Shown: one piece after another, positions 62,946 to 64,000 of the stretch
Numbering within the stretch: the first letter of the stretch is position 1
Layout of the letters: the number at the start of each line of letters is the position of its first letter
Origin: Blepharisma stoltei ATCC 30299
Lineage: Eukaryota > Protista > Ciliophora
Assembly: GCA_965603825.1 (NCBI GenBank)
Contig: CBFDEM010000043.1
Coordinates: 496,001 to 560,000 of the forward strand
Direction: 5' to 3'
Length of the DNA stretch: 64,000 nucleotides
Translations under genes and position numbers: made by a program
The notes under the pieces: generated by a model
The model's input: only the letters and a program-made list of their open reading frames with translations
The model's database searches: none
What the model was told of the DNA's origin: nothing

Positions 62946-63569
62946 ATGTCAGAGTTCCCCAAGAAAACAGAAAAAATCAAATCACTTCTGAGAGCTTTGG
63001 ACTCTGACTCACGAGAATATGACCGATCTTCAGAGCTTTTCCAGAAAAAAGTCAAAGCAAGGATCACGAAAAAGCTGGCTGAGCTTGCGATTGAATTGGA
63101 TTCTTTAAATGCTTTTTTGAATTCCACAATGATGTAAAAGATATGTAGAAACCAGACAGAGCTGGAAAAAAGGAAAGTTACTATTAGCGAGCTGCAAAAA
63201 GAGTATGAAAAATATGATTTGAAATTCAATGACCATATAGTCAAGATTCAATCTGAAGAAAAACCCCCAGCAAAGACTTCGCCGTTTGAAATGCAGATTC
63301 AGCTTAAAAAAGATCAAGAAATAATGATTGATGAACTGTATGTAAGCAGTGAAAATTTGCATATGTATTGTGATAATATTGGGGAAGAGCTCGATGTTCA
63401 TAATAATCTGCTGACGAATTTTGAGAAAATGATTGATAAGAATGCTAATTCTATGGAGAGGACAAAGGCTAAGCTTGAGGCCTATATTCAACAAACTTCA
63501 AATTCTTGCCTAGGATGTGTAATTTTCGGGCTTGCTTTAATATTGGTAATTCTTTTAATTTACTTTTAA
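62946..63569 (+). CDS. Qc-SNARE (syntaxin-8/SYP5-like) with a 15-nt intron at 63134-63148
   Basis: Removing gtaaaagatatgtag joins 62946-63133 to the downstream frame. SNARE motif QEIMIDEL..IGEELDVHNNLL and a C-terminal TM anchor. Confidence 0.8.
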
Positions 63570-64000
63570 AATTGGTATTTTTAATTGATTTCATGATTCT
63601 TCACAAGGATAGCAATAATAGTTTCTTTAAAAATTTATTTTAAGTCAATAAAAATGCAGAAATAAATGATTAGAATATCTTTAGAACTGGATAAAGGATG
63701 TTGGTACAGTCTAATATTGAAGCAATTAAATTGTTTTAGTATTCTTAAATACGCTGTTTGCTAGCATTAAGTCTTATTATTAATTAAGCCATCATATGTA
63801 TATATTGATTTTTAATTCAAAATTTCTTTTAATTTTTAAACAGTTTCACTCTATTTTATTAATTCTTAAATCAATTTTTTATTATTCTTATAGCCTGCAA
63901 GCTGAAATATCCAACGACTAAAGACTTCCTATAAATCAAACACCTATTATTTTCAATGATCTCCTTCTCAACTTATTACAAATTAAAGGCTTGCTAAAAC

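Noticed and set aside
1-64000. Telomeric repeats, rRNA/tRNA genes, intact transposase or reverse transcriptase
   Set aside because: None recognised by eye; tRNAscan-SE, Infernal and HMM searches would be needed to exclude them formally.

Overview
AT-rich eukaryotic DNA, most likely a heterotrich ciliate macronuclear genome (Blepharisma-like). Two independent signatures support this. In-frame TGA reads as Trp: it swaps with TGG between paralogs and sits at conserved Trp positions, while only TAA/TAG end genes. Introns are 15-nt GT..AG with an invariant A at position 10. The supplied standard-code ORF track therefore fragments most genes. Positions 1-46240 are an array of ten members of one family of ~1,500-1,600 aa membrane proteins: signal peptide, three LamG/ConA-like domains, furin-like Cys-rich repeats, a myxococcal Cys-rich (DUF4215-type) repeat, an Ig-like domain and a TRP-like multi-pass C-terminus. 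Six copies look intact, one is cut by the window edge, two carry single 1-nt frameshifts and one is an internally deleted pseudogene. The array shows N-/C-half shuffling, a ~10 kb inverted duplication, a 309-nt gene-conversion tract, intron presence/absence variation and hypervariable LamG loops. Positions 46.8-64 kb hold compact housekeeping-type genes (DJ-1, TMEM230-like, DNAJC11, RING-WWE, rhodanese-like with CaaX, GOST 7TM, lunapark-like, Arc1/EMAPII-like, RCC1-repeat, ACAD8, Qc-SNARE), a GC-rich TA-flanked palindrome and a ~3 kb decayed repeat region. All family and domain calls come from motif recognition by eye, not database searches.
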